Source: Eledone cirrhosa
Lineage: Eukaryota
Assembly: GCA_964016885.1 (NCBI GenBank)
Contig: OZ024742.1
Coordinates: 315,704,001 to 315,768,000 of the forward strand
Direction of reading: 5' to 3'
Length of the DNA stretch: 64,000 nucleotides
This document shows positions 28,716-41,639 of the stretch, in pieces. The position numbers and the translations under genes are program-made. Numbering within the stretch: the first letter of the stretch is position 1; each line of letters begins with the position of its first letter. The notes under the pieces were generated by a model. The model searched no databases. It was not told where the DNA came from and saw only the letters and a list, made by a program, of their open reading frames with translations.

Positions 28716-29334
28716 CATACATACATACATACATACATACACACATACACACACCACATGCATATATACATACATACAGTGCTTGTGTGTTTGAATGTAA
28801 CTTTAAAGAAAACATTTAAATATGTTTATATCAGATTAGATGGTAGTTCGTTATCTTAGTAAATAAATCGATGTCTCTAATAGATACAATATCACTCATG
28901 AATACTTTCTGTTCTAGGATATGCGTACATATAAATGTATGACGAAGAATTGAAAATCAGCTAGTAACACACACACACAAATTCATATATATATATGATA
29001 TATATACCCCCTTGATATAAATACCCCCTCCGCCTCCGTGGTATTTTTTTCAGGGTTATAAGAGGCTTAGCTCTGTTTCTTGACCGCTGTATCACGTGAT
29101 TGACTCCCCCTCCGCTTTCGGGATTCTATCTCGCATTTTACGGACGTGTTTTGAAACCCTTAATGAGGTATCCTCTTGATAAGTCGGCAGACCTCACAAA
29201 AATTCTATATCTCTGTGATGTAGTGTTTTTTGCATAATATGCCACGAAACTACGTAGTCGGGGACTAAAGAACCAGTTGGGTATGATATATCTTATTACT
29301 AATTATATCTAATGTTTCTTCTCTCTTCATAATG

Positions 29335-29394
<60 letters not shown>

Positions 29395-29507
29395 GTATAT
29401 ATATATATACGTATATATATATATATTGCATGGAATAATGCGCAGTACATTGACTTTTAAACATTGGTGAAAATATATAGATATGTATAAATTCCGTATT
29501 TCCTAAT

Positions 29508-29587
<80 letters not shown>

Positions 29588-29715
29588 GTAATTAGGAAAT
29601 ACGGAATTTATACATATCTATATATTTTCACCAATGTTTAAAAGTCAATGTACTACGCATTATTCCATGCAATATATATATATATATATATACGTATATA
29701 TATATATATATATAT

Positions 29716-29911
29716 ATAGGAAAAAGTATGACCCCGACGGCAGAGCTCATGCCGTTTCGACGGCTATTTCTGGACTCAGAAATAGCCGTCGAAACGGGTT
29801 GAGCTCTGCCGTCGGGGTCATACTTTTTCCTATTTTCAACTCTACTACCCTAAGTATTGAGTGCTCTGGTGCGTTATGGTCCATCTGGTTCCTTACCACA
29901 ATTCCTTTGTT
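29716..29911 (+). mobile_element. Family P copy 3
   Basis: Hairpin 29716-29833 with a GACT loop, plus tail. TA flanks. Confidence 0.8.
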
Positions 29912-29962
29912 ATATATATATATATGTAGGAGTTGTATTTAATTTGTTGGAAGTCCGACAAA

Positions 29963-29970
29963 CATATATG

Positions 29971-30035
<65 letters not shown>

Positions 30036-30056
30036 GTATATGTATATATATATACA

Positions 30057-30130
<74 letters not shown>

Positions 30131-30131
30131 C

Positions 30132-30203
<72 letters not shown>

Positions 30204-30204
30204 G

Positions 30205-30293
<89 letters not shown>

Positions 30294-30314
30294 GTATATG
30301 TATATATATATACA

Positions 30315-30366
<52 letters not shown>

Positions 30367-30455
30367 CATATATATATACATATATATATACATATATATA
30401 TACATATATATGCATATACATAAATATATACATATATATATGTGTGTGTGTGTGT
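29963..30455. repeat. Interrupted (TA)n array
   Basis: Direct read. Confidence 0.95.
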
Positions 30456-30464
30456 ATCTAGGTA

Positions 30465-30965
30465 GTGGAGGTGGTCTATATCATTGTTTATGTAAAAGTT
30501 TCAGATGTTGCTAAACAGTTTCCTGATTTTAACATCAATGCTCTGGTTTTATGTAACATCCACTCATACCAAATGTTGGTATGAGTATTGGTACAGCAAA
30601 ACTACATCATCAGTCACAGATTTATTGTGTATATAGAATTCACAGGACAATATCTTTATTTTCTTATTCACTTATGTTCCCTGGTTACTCATTATTTCTT
30701 TGAAATGTCATTACAAGATATATTTTTATCTATTGCTAGGTAGTTTTATCATTCCTCATCAGATATCGTAAAAATAGTTCGACCATTCATAGAGATGTTA
30801 GATGGATTTGGAATCTTCCTTTGTTTGCAATCTATTATAAACATTCATCCTGGCCAAACAGCATTCCCATATCATTTAAGAATGTCATAGCCTGCACAAG
30901 TTTCTTCATTATATATATTCATATTGTTGGTACATACTTTCAAGTTTGTCCACAACTGTATGTTA
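30465..30965 (-). mobile_element. Highly decayed R4/Dong-type RT fragment
   Basis: Remnants VDKLE/MGMLFG/FAVPILIPTFG are colinear with the 25283-25720 peptide. Confidence 0.55.
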
Positions 30966-31142
30966 AGTTCCTGTCTGCCCATCTATCTTTTCTGTCCACT
31001 TATTTCCGTCTTCAGAGGTACTTTACCTGACATAATCAACTCAACTAATATTTATAGTTATCTGTATTGCGGTGACCTTCCAAAAGCTCACATATTTTCA
31101 GTTTTGTTTGTATGTATGTATGTATGTATGTATGTATGTTAT

Positions 31143-31741
31143 GTCAGGTCACCACTTGGTGCTACTGGTAACATGTATTCCAGTACAACCTGTCCCATGG
31201 TCGGGTCGTTGGCGACTAAACTGGCAACCCCACTAAGGTTTCTTGGTGAGGAGAGTGACTTTGGACATCCTGCAGGACTAAAAACAAAACCTGTCAAAGG
31301 AGCCCTTAAGAGTCAATGGCCATCCAAAATCACCGGGAGAGATGTCTCCTTAGCCTTTGTCAAGGCAGAATTCTAGGAGAAGGAAAACTCTGATATAACA
31401 CCTGCAACTCTGATGGTATCCAATGATGTTGACTTGTTCTTCTTTTTGGTAAATATCATCTTGGTTAAGAGAGTGGGACTGGCTTTGTGCAGTGCCTTTG
31501 CTCACTATAAAAGCTTCACGGCACAGGCATTGCTTTATATCTGGAGATCTCTCTGCACTTGTCGTCGCATGGTGCCATGGGCCTAGCACTATGTGTCAAT
31601 AATTGTCACAAGTGTAGTGTTTGTACCAGGGTTTTCAAGTCGCTGGCTGGACTAAAGTCACATTCGTTCAGTGCATCGGTAGGAGTTCTCCTACATGGAT
31701 ATAAAGTAGTGGCCGTACTCGAAAACGAGTTGGCAGCCACC
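31143..31741 (+). mobile_element. Full copy of the ~600-bp RTE-derived element, flanked by (TATG)n
   Basis: Reverse-complement match to 22518-23118. Confidence 0.8.
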
Positions 31742-32314
31742 ATGTATGTATGTATGTATGTATGTATGTATGTATGTATGTATGTATGTATGTATGTATG
31801 TATGTATGTATGTATGTATGTATGCATATATATATATATATTTATATTCTTCTTTTGTTTGACCTGTTTAGCTTGCTTCGTTTTTTTGACTTAGGTGGAT
31901 GATGGCTTCTTGACCGCCATTCTCAGTTTGTTTGGCCTCTATAACCTATGTTTATTGCTCTGGTCTTTTTTTAACGCTTGCCGCATAACTCGGAAGTTGC
32001 GTTTCGCTTTGTTTTCGACCAATGCCGAAATTCGATCTCGTTGAAATTATATATATATACACACACACACATATATATATGTGTGTTGATGTTTAGCCCT
32101 ATGTCGGCCCCAATCGGAGAAACCTACGATCAACATTATCCAGACATAACCAACATTATCTATTCTTTACATGCACAGTGCATCTAGGACTACATTACTC
32201 GATGTACCCTCCCTTTTTCTAAAGTTATAGGATGTGATATGAGGGGAGGTTTAGCTGCTATTTCAAGCAGATTGAACGTCTATATAAAGGCTTCTTCAGT
32301 GTTGTTGTTTATAT

Positions 32315-32847
32315 TCAGTGTACCCCGCATTCGCGGTCCCGGTTATTCGCGGGATTTTGCTTAGAACCTAACTTATTATTGGTCATGGAAACCACGGCAT
32401 ATTCGGGGAATCGTAAATATCTTCCGCGATGTTTTAATGCCTTTTTTCGTGGCAATATATATTTTTTCATGCTTTTTAACGCTAAATAATTAATTGTTTC
32501 TACTTTCGGCACAAGGCCTGCAATTATTCCAGTGTATTACTAGTACTTTATTGTATCGACCCCGTAAGGATGAAAGGCAAAGTTAACCACGACGGGATTT
32601 GAACTCAGATCATAAAGGGCCGTAACTCTATACTACAAAGCATGGCGTCCGACCCTCTACCGAGACTGCCATACCACCGCCCTTAACGCTAAATAATTAA
32701 TAACAATATACCGTATTTGCCGGCCTATATTTTACGTTATGTTTTGATGTTTATAGGCATTTTTATGGACTACATCCAATATTCGCAGTTTTTCACTCTC
32801 CGCGGATACTCTAGGAACATAACCCCGCGAATACCGGGGAACGGCTG
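32315..32847. mobile_element. Pogo/Tigger-like MITE containing a SINE B insertion (32495-32682, minus strand, 19-bp TSD)
   Basis: Imperfect TIRs CAGTGTACCCCGCATTCGCGG / CCGCGAATACCGGGGAACGGCTG. TSD TTAACGCTAAATAATTAAT at 32476 and 32683. Confidence 0.65.
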
Positions 32848-33189
32848 TACCACAATTTCTATGTTAAATCAATTAATTAATTATCTAGTTATTCAATTAT
32901 TTCGTCCGTGTTTCTATACTTTTCGTTTTCCGTAGTTTTGCTTTTCTCCGATTACAAATAACAGTTTGTAGACAAATATTACAATTAGATATACTCCCAC
33001 ATTGGTTAGTTGTATATCCGTAAACAAGCTATTAAATTTGATTGACACATAAAATAATAACTAACTAAAACGAGGTGGAGGGAAATTTTTTTATTGAAAA
33101 TTTGTGGAGGGAAAACGAGCCACAAATTATACATAAATAGCAACCACACCTCCCCCAATCCACACCATACCGCATTAAATAAATAATAA

Positions 33190-33604
33190 TGATTTCTACT
33201 ATAGGCACAAGGCCAGTAATTTGAGGGGTAGGGGAAAGTCGATTAAATCGACTCTAGTGCATTACTGGTACTTTATTTTATCGACCTCGTAAGGATGAAA
33301 GGCAAAGCTAATCTCGGCGTGATTTGAACTCAGAATGTAAATAGTTGTAATTCTATGCTGCAAAGCATGGTGTCCGATGTTCTCCCAATACAGCTAATGC
33401 ACCGCCCTTAATAATAATTGTTTCTACTTTAGGCACAAGGCCAGCAATTACCCAGTGCATTACTGGTACTTTATTTTATCGACCCCGTAAGGATGAAAGG
33501 CAAAGTAAACCTCGGCGGGATTTGAACTCAGATCGTAAAGGGACGTAACTATGCTGGAAAGCATGGCGTCCGACCCTCTACCGATACTGCCAATCCACCG
33601 CCCT
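33190..33604 (-). mobile_element. Two tandem SINE B copies
   Basis: The core motif occurs twice, with a (TAA)n spacer. Confidence 0.85.
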
Positions 33605-34338
33605 TAATAATAATGGTTTGGAATCCAAGCTCAACAATTTGGACTGATTCTGCTGACCTACGGTCAAAAGCATTGCAGCTGTAACCATCACGACGTTTTT
33701 CTTCAGACATAACTTACCTTAGAGATCAAAATCCAATAATTTTATTTTTCTTGAAGATGGTTGGGTGTAATTTGAGGGAAATTTAGCTTCTATTTCTAGT
33801 AGGTCAAGCGACTACGTCATGGTTGTCGATTTGGCTCATATCAACTTAGTAAATGTCACAAGCGGATGTTGACTTTATATACAATCTCCAGACATCTACT
33901 TGATAGATAGCCATCGGGTGCCGACAAGGCAGCAATAGATAAAGACAATATAAACAGTGATTCGACTGATATAAATCTTTGAATATTGATTTTCTTGGCT
34001 GCAGATTTTGATTTCGTAATCAAAGTCGACTAACACAGCTCATAGATTATTGATGAATACTTTTAAATATCGGCTAGACAGGTGACAGGCAGAGATACAC
34101 TCACAGTTTGTCACACCAGTTCAGTAACATATGTTATCCCTACTAGATCTAATAGACACATGACAATTACTCTGTTGACCTATGGAAGTATGAAAGGTTA
34201 AATACATACTTATCCAATAAGGAAATTTGGTAGTTTGATGTTTCTTCTTTTTCTAACAGGCTTACTTTCTTTTTTTTTTTTCCAATCCATCAATCAATCA
34301 TTATATCTCTCTATCTATCTATCTGTCTATCTATCTGT

Positions 34339-35258
34339 CTGGCACATTGAATGCGCTCAGGCGCACACAGTCCTCTGGCAAGCGGGCGCAGCAATCAGTG
34401 GAGACTCCACTTCGACATTCTATAGAGGGATTGTACGTTACAAGGGCGACGACGTGCTCAGGCGTCGAAGACGATGAGCTCACCAGTCTGTTTGGTAGGA
34501 CTTTACGCCCGGGACCTATGGACAACTTCCAGAGGTCCCTGGCCTGGCAGTGCTACCGAGGAGCTCTACCGGTTCGTGACAAGATCTACAGGCACGGACG
34601 CCCCGGCAGGGATCCTTCCAAGAGGACGTGTCCAAGATGCGCGCAGGACATTGAAACAGTCCTGCACGCAATTGTACACTGCGCGGGCGTAACTGACCTG
34701 TGGAACTATGCAGAACAACTGCTGTCGCGTATGGGACAAATCCAGTTGACTGCCGAGTCCATAGTAAGGATCAAACCGCCAGCCTCTTTCAAAAACGAAA
34801 AGGTGTCTATGGTGAAAGAAGTTATATGGTGGACGAGATTGAGAGGACTGAGGACAGATGCTTTTCTCTACGGACAACAATTGATTCCCTTCTTTAGGTA
34901 TCACTTTAGAAGGAGAATCAGAGTGGAGAGAGAGGCACTGCACCCCAGTAAATTTACTGAAAGGTGGATGAATGAAGCGAAAATGGCCCGAGTGATTGTG
35001 CCTTCTCTGTTTATAAGCCTGTAGGTTGAAGAAGAAAGCAAAGGGAAGAAAGGAGCACTTGCACAACACGCTCCTGGAGTTGAAGGTTGTTCTATCGACG
35101 GGGTATTAAACAACCCATTTGTGGCGCCTCCCCCCTATTGGGGATTTCGATTGTTGTAATTGTTTGTTTTTATATTTTTTACACGACTGTATGTAAAATC
35201 CCCGGCATGTCTTTGTATTGTCCCCTTTTCTTGTGCGCCCTTGTGGCAAATAAAGAAA
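34339..35258 (+). mobile_element. Tx1-type LINE 3' fragment in (TATC)n
   Basis: ORF 34347-35024 is homologous to the ORF2 C-terminus (GPMDNFQRSLAWQCYRGALPVR, CPRC..H....C). It ends AATAAAGAAA followed by TATC repeats. Confidence 0.9.
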
Positions 35259-35293
35259 TATATCTATCTATCTGTCTGTCTGTCTGTCCGTCT

Positions 35294-35367
<74 letters not shown>

Positions 35368-35721
35368 TGAGATGAGCAGAACAAGCAAGCGTTAAAAGAT
35401 GATTTAAATATCTACCTTTTCGCAATGCTATTACCGGCGGTTTCCATTTACAAAAGATTAGAAATTCAGAGAATTTCTAACGGAAAAGTAAAATTCACCA
35501 GATAACTATTTCCATTCTATAGGGTCCCACGGCCTGCAAATATAGGTAGATATTTAAATCATTTTTTAATTTATTTAAAGAATTGTTTAATGTTTGTTTG
35601 TTCTGCTCATCTCAATTTTTATACTTCTGGTATCTCGAATTAGTACCATAGGACAACAATTATATTATAGGCGCCCTATATATCTCTATGGGTACTTAGT
35701 ACTCAGAGAGATATTTACCTC

Positions 35722-35757
<36 letters not shown>

Positions 35758-35803
35758 GAAATAACAGGAGGCTGGACTGGTGTAAATCCTTGAAAGGTTT
35801 ATT

Positions 35804-35861
35804 ATACTATGATCATTTCAATGACGGGGTTCCATTTGAATCCGGTGATATCATCAGGTAT
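35804..35861 (-). ncRNA. Type I hammerhead ribozyme (inverted copy)
   Basis: TCATCAG 35851-35857, TTTC 35816-35819, stem I ATAC/GTAT. Confidence 0.72.
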
Positions 35862-36052
35862 TGGAATATAACAAAGGCATGGGTCCGAAAAACCATGGGT
35901 CCGAGAAACCAGAGACAGAGAGAGCGGCTGACCAACTAGCTTCACAGCCAGCCGCCTTCAAAGGCTGGCTGTGAAGCTAGCTGGTCAGCCGCTCTCTCTG
36001 TCTCTGGTTTCTCGGACCCATGGCTTTTTACATATTCATTTGTTATATTCCA

Positions 36053-36110
36053 ATACCTGATGATATCACCGGATTCATATGGAACCCGGTCATTGAAATG
36101 ATCATAGTAT
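36053..36110 (+). ncRNA. Type I hammerhead ribozyme
   Basis: ATAC-CTGATGA(36057-63)-...ACCGG/CCGGT...-GAAA(36095-98)-TGATCA-TA/GTAT. Palindromic stem III ATGATCAT, AUA triplet. Confidence 0.75.
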
Positions 36111-36302
36111 AATAAACCTTTCAAGGATTTTCACCAGTCCAGCCTCCTGTTATTTCATTTATAATTAACTCCGTATTCGCACCACCAACTACACAAACGA
36201 AGATGGGTGAACTGCACTGCGTTGAGTACTCTTCACAATATTACACCAGTATTGACCATACGGAATGACCAGTTCTATCCAGTGGTGAACCAACAAACCT
36301 TA

Positions 36303-36354
<52 letters not shown>

Positions 36355-36362
<8 letters not shown>

Positions 36363-37727
36363 GATCGAGTATCGAAAAATCGGCGCACGAGTTCACGATA
36401 AACAAAATTCGAAATGAGCGGCAGAGGGCTCAATAATTCAGATGAATCAGAGCTATAACTATCGTTAAAATACCGTCACATATAGAACAAGTCTACAATC
36501 AACCATACGATAAAAAATCGATAATAGAAGATTCGGGACAAACAGATAAAAAATATCAATAAAACAATACGTCAATAATTTAAATGAATGTAAAATCATA
36601 CCCGGACCCACTAGACAGGTGTTAAATCTAGCTTCATGGGTTTCTGTAAATCCTTAGACTGTACTCTATCAGCTCACATATAAATATAAAAGCCTACTAG
36701 AGTAAGCGGAACGGAGTTTACTTTCTCAACGAGCTTTTTTCCTGGCGGGAGAGGGGCTAACTACCAGTGAAAAACGCACATGGCATTAGACAAGGGAGAT
36801 AACCTCTATATCCGCGAAAACAATTCGAGGGAATGTGGAAATACACATATCGAATAAGAGTGCTCAATAGACATGTTAAAATAAAACAAAAGCTATTCAT
36901 CACTCAATAGAATCGACAAAAAATGAGCAATAAAATTAACTGGTGGATAGCTATGTCCAGAGCTAAAAATATTAGAAAGATCGAGTATCGAAAAATCGGC
37001 GCACGAGTTCACGATAAACAAAATTCGAAATGAGCGGCAGAGGGCTCAATAATTCAGATGAATCAGAGCTATAACTATCGTTAAAATACCGTCACATATA
37101 GAACAAGTCTACAATCAACCATACGATAAAAAATCGATAATAGAAGATTCGGGACAAACAGATAAAAAATATCAATAAAACAATACGTCAATAATTTAAA
37201 TGAATGTAAAATCATACCCGGACCCACTAGACAGGTGTTAAATCTAGCTTCATGGGTTTCTGTAAATCCTTAGACTGTACTCTATCAGCTCACATATAAA
37301 TATAAAAGCCTACTAGAGTAAGCGGAACGGAGTTTACTTTCTCAACGAGCTTTTTTCCTGGCGGGAGAGGGGCTAACTACCAGTGAAAAACGCACATGGC
37401 ATTAGACAAGGGAGATAACCTCTATATCCGCGAAAACAATTCGAGGGAATGTGGAAATACACATATCGAATAAGAGTGCTCAATAGACATGTTAAAATAA
37501 AACAAAAGCTATTCATCACTCAATAGAATCGACAAAAAATGAGCAATAAAATTAACTGGTGGATAGCTATGTCCAGAGCTAAAAATATTAGAAAAATCGA
37601 GTATCGAAAAATCGGCGCACGAGTTCACGATAAACAAAATTCGAAATGAGCGGCAGAGGGCTCAATAATTCAGATGAATCAGAGCTATAACTATCGTTAA
37701 AATACCGTCACATATAGAACAAGTCTA
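36355..37727. repeat. Tandem repeat, 616-bp unit, ~2.2 copies, within (TA)n
   Basis: ATTAGAAARATCGAGTATCG starts at 36355, 36971 and 37587. Confidence 0.95.
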
Positions 37728-37752
37728 TATATATATATATTAAGATTGGTGC

Positions 37753-37828
<76 letters not shown>

Positions 37829-38014
37829 AGTCCCAATTTAAACAATAAAAACTGTATAGAAACGTATGTAGAAAGTAAATAATGGATTTAAGTTGTTAAC
37901 TTTGCTTTTTCTTTTTTTATAGATATTAATGTTCTGCTACCTGAACTGTCCTCAACGACAAGAACTTTAACTTTCGAAGAATATTTCGCGGTTTAGAAGC
38001 AACAGTTGCTTCTA

Positions 38015-38061
38015 ACTGCCTGAAGAAGTCATAGCTATTGAATTGAAATATATATAACGGT
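38015..38061 (+). ncRNA. Hammerhead-like motif
   Basis: ACTGC-CTGAAGA(38020-26)-AGTCA..TGAATT-GAAA-TATATA-TA/ACGGT. There is one mismatch at the base of stem I. Confidence 0.6.
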
Positions 38062-38217
38062 AATAAAAGAAGTAAATTATGAAATGTTGACTTATACCTC
38101 TTGCTTTTTTTAATTTACTCCGGAGTTAACAGACCGTCTTGTAAACTTCGTTGAGTGCTCTACTCTGTATTCTGAAGTGTTGGTGTTAAACTAACACACA
38201 CTCTGATTAATATTACA

Positions 38218-38237
<20 letters not shown>

Positions 38238-38249
<12 letters not shown>

Positions 38250-38455
38250 ACAGCAGGCTGGACTGGTGTAAATCCTTGAAAGGTTTATTATACCATGATC
38301 ATTTCAATGACCGGGTTCCATATGAATCCGGTGATATCATCAGGTATTCGAAATATAACAAAGGAATATGTAAAAACTATGGGTCCGAAACATCAGAGAC
38401 AGATAGGACGACTGGTCAACTAGCTGCCTTCACCTCGGCCAGTCGCCCTCAAAGT
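38238..38455 (-). mobile_element. Second locus of the 35753 family; hammerhead with an AUG triplet
   Basis: Matches 35753-35950 but reads TATACCATGATC instead of TATACTATGATC. Confidence 0.8.
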
Positions 38456-38543
38456 GATGGCTACTCGTTCTGCTGATGACCATCTGGTGAGGGGGCGAAG
38501 GCTTATAATGTACTACCACCTCTCCGTCAAAGAATAAAATAGG

Positions 38544-38575
<32 letters not shown>

Positions 38576-39078
38576 AAAAAAGAAAGAAGTCAGCGTAAGG
38601 GTCACACTACTGTCAAGCTAGAAAACGCCGCGAAAAATGTTATTCTAAAGAATCTATATTTTAACAAAGGCATATATAATGGGTGTTTGTATGGTCTAAT
38701 GTGTGAACAGAAAATTGGAACGTTAAACTTATGTTACGAGTTATAGGATGAAATTAAATTAAAAAAATAATAAATTGAAAATTGGAAAATAAATAAAAAA
38801 ATTATTTAATGAACTTACAGAGAGAGTCTTATATGAAAAAGTTAATCTCGATAAGATATCAGGGTGGGATATAGTAAAGATTAAAGCCTTCGATTGTGAG
38901 TCCCAGCCAGCACCTCCTAACCACGTGTCAGCCAGTTTCGAGTGGTATCGTCCAGCGAAAGAAATGGAAATTAATTTTTCCGAGTACTCTAGGAATGTAG
39001 CTACCTTAGGCCCCGGGTGTACTAACGGGAAGTCTACAATTTCGACAGGCCATCGTCTATACCAAATGAATACTATTA

Positions 39079-39214
<136 letters not shown>

Positions 39215-39444
39215 TTATATATTGTTTTTCATTATTGAGCTATATACACATATATACATGTGAATGAAACGTGTTCATTCTGCCAGTTCAGTTGAATAAA
39301 CAATTGGAATATTCATAGTTGAAATCAACCGAAGACTAATTTTATTTTTTTTATTTGTATATGAGTGTGTATACACACTTCCACAGCATTCTAATAGATA
39401 TTGCCTGTACATGTAATGAAAGTGTGTATACACTTTTTGGGGAC

Positions 39445-39519
<75 letters not shown>

Positions 39520-40923
39520 GGAGAGTTGGAGCAAATGTTAGCTTCGTTAAAATCATTGAAAGAATCAAAGGTCCAGGTAAGGGTGTTAAATCTGGTGATT
39601 GATGAAATCTACCAACAAATTATTGCAGTTGCCCAGTAACACTGTGCACGTGTTGTTTGGTTTACCTATTTTAAAACCCCTAAATGGTGTCGTTTTTAAG
39701 ATAAATGGTTTTAAAATCCAACCACCGAGAATCCAAAGAATATATATGACACAATATTACAATCTTTGCTTCTAAATGAGAGACATTCCCATGACTATAC
39801 GTCTGGTATAACTCGGTATATATTGATAATTTGTTGTTGTTTGACCCAACCTCAGCCCTTATCACTTAAACCTTTGCTTAAAGGCGTTTCTGCCATGGCC
39901 ATCATGTTGGTTTGTGACCAAAATCTACATTGGTCAATATATTTTTTTCTTTTTAAAAAAATTGTATGGTGTGACTTAAGGAAGATCTTGTTTCTATTTC
40001 TTGCAAATCGAATGATCACGTAGAGACCCATATATTGCTACTTTATTATTGTTGCTGTGGTTGCTGTTACTGGCATCGTTAATGCTGTAGTTGTTTGACC
40101 CCCAATGTAGCTGATTTCCACTACTGTGCCTATTTGTCTATGTTCCATATCATTATGTCTTGTTATGCATACATTTTATTGGAGTTTTGACAGGAACATT
40201 CCACCATTATTCTTCCATATTATGTATGCATAGCTGTAGCTTAATATATTTTTGTCTTCAGGATTATCGTATCTACACCCCTCCAAATACAACATTCGTT
40301 TAGATCATATCCATTGTTATATATAAGACAACGAAAGAATATGTTTAGTCGCTTTGAGATTGCTAAGAAAAGATTGACATGAAAAGATAGTTGTTTACCT
40401 TATTTCCGTGTCCTTCTGAGACATAAATAAACAGCAACCATAATTAGATGCCCAGAGTGTGTAACTCGTACGAAAGACAGTAACTATACACTTAATATTT
40501 TGCTTTGAAATGCGTTCATAGGAAGCACATCTCTCAAATTTAAGATCAATATTCATTTGATCAATATTCTAAGAAACATTTCTAGGAGTTTCAAATCTCC
40601 ATTATTTTCAAAAACAGTTTTTAATTTAGACTTCAAAACATTTTCTTTCACTCAGAAAACAAATCAACACATCAACAAACGTATTGCAAGCCTCGTTTGC
40701 AGTCAATACCATGTTGTGTTATTAATGACAATCACTCCATGCTATTTTCATCTAATTTACATCTATGTATGATTAAAAAAAAAAAAAAAAAAGACAAGAT
40801 ATTTTGATTTAGATGTAAACAATCATTTTTATTTATGTAATTAACCTTCACTTAAGGTTTATGTAACAATTATCATTTTTAACATAATATGCTCAATGCT
40901 CAGTATATCTTTATTTTCATGCA

Positions 40924-40972
<49 letters not shown>

Positions 40973-40975
40973 CGT

Positions 40976-41175
40976 NNNNNNNNNNNNNNNNNNNNNNNNN
41001 NNNNNNNNNNNNNNNNNNNNNNNNNNNNNNNNNNNNNNNNNNNNNNNNNNNNNNNNNNNNNNNNNNNNNNNNNNNNNNNNNNNNNNNNNNNNNNNNNNNN
41101 NNNNNNNNNNNNNNNNNNNNNNNNNNNNNNNNNNNNNNNNNNNNNNNNNNNNNNNNNNNNNNNNNNNNNNNNNNN
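40976..41175. other. Assembly gap (200 N)
   Basis: Run of N. The round length suggests a scaffolding placeholder, so distance and adjacency across it are unknown. Confidence 0.98.
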
Positions 41176-41369
41176 AGATGAAAGAGAACATGCACACACA
41201 CACACATACATATATAGATACACACACTATATATATATATAGATACACACACTATATATATATATATATATCAATGGTAGGAACAACGAATATGAAAGAA
41301 GTTAGTTAAATTAGTAGATAAATTGATAGATAGATAATTTGATTGCGGCTACAACTTCGATTTACACTC

Positions 41370-41411
<42 letters not shown>

Positions 41412-41639
41412 TTTAATACATATATGATTTAGTGGTAAAAATATTATTAGTTGACCAACGTATGTTATTGTTGTAGATGTTTAACCCCAGGCTAGTCAAG
41501 ACAGCGTAAACCTATGACGAAAGGCATTCTAAATCCGATCACTCCCTTTTAACTGGTATTCCTGGTAGATTGATCTACTCAGTAGGGGTTCCCTCGTTGG
41601 CTTATATAGATTATGAGCGTGTGTATGTTTGGAGATATA

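Larger units (their letters stand above)
35753..36304 (+). mobile_element. Fold-back element with two opposed hammerhead ribozymes
   Basis: Arms of ~200 bp centred at 35958-35963, with a 3' tail to 36304. TA flanks. Confidence 0.85.

Noticed and set aside
30600-30765. TCATCAG matches
   Set aside because: They lie in a decayed RT coding remnant with no matching stems, so they are chance hits.
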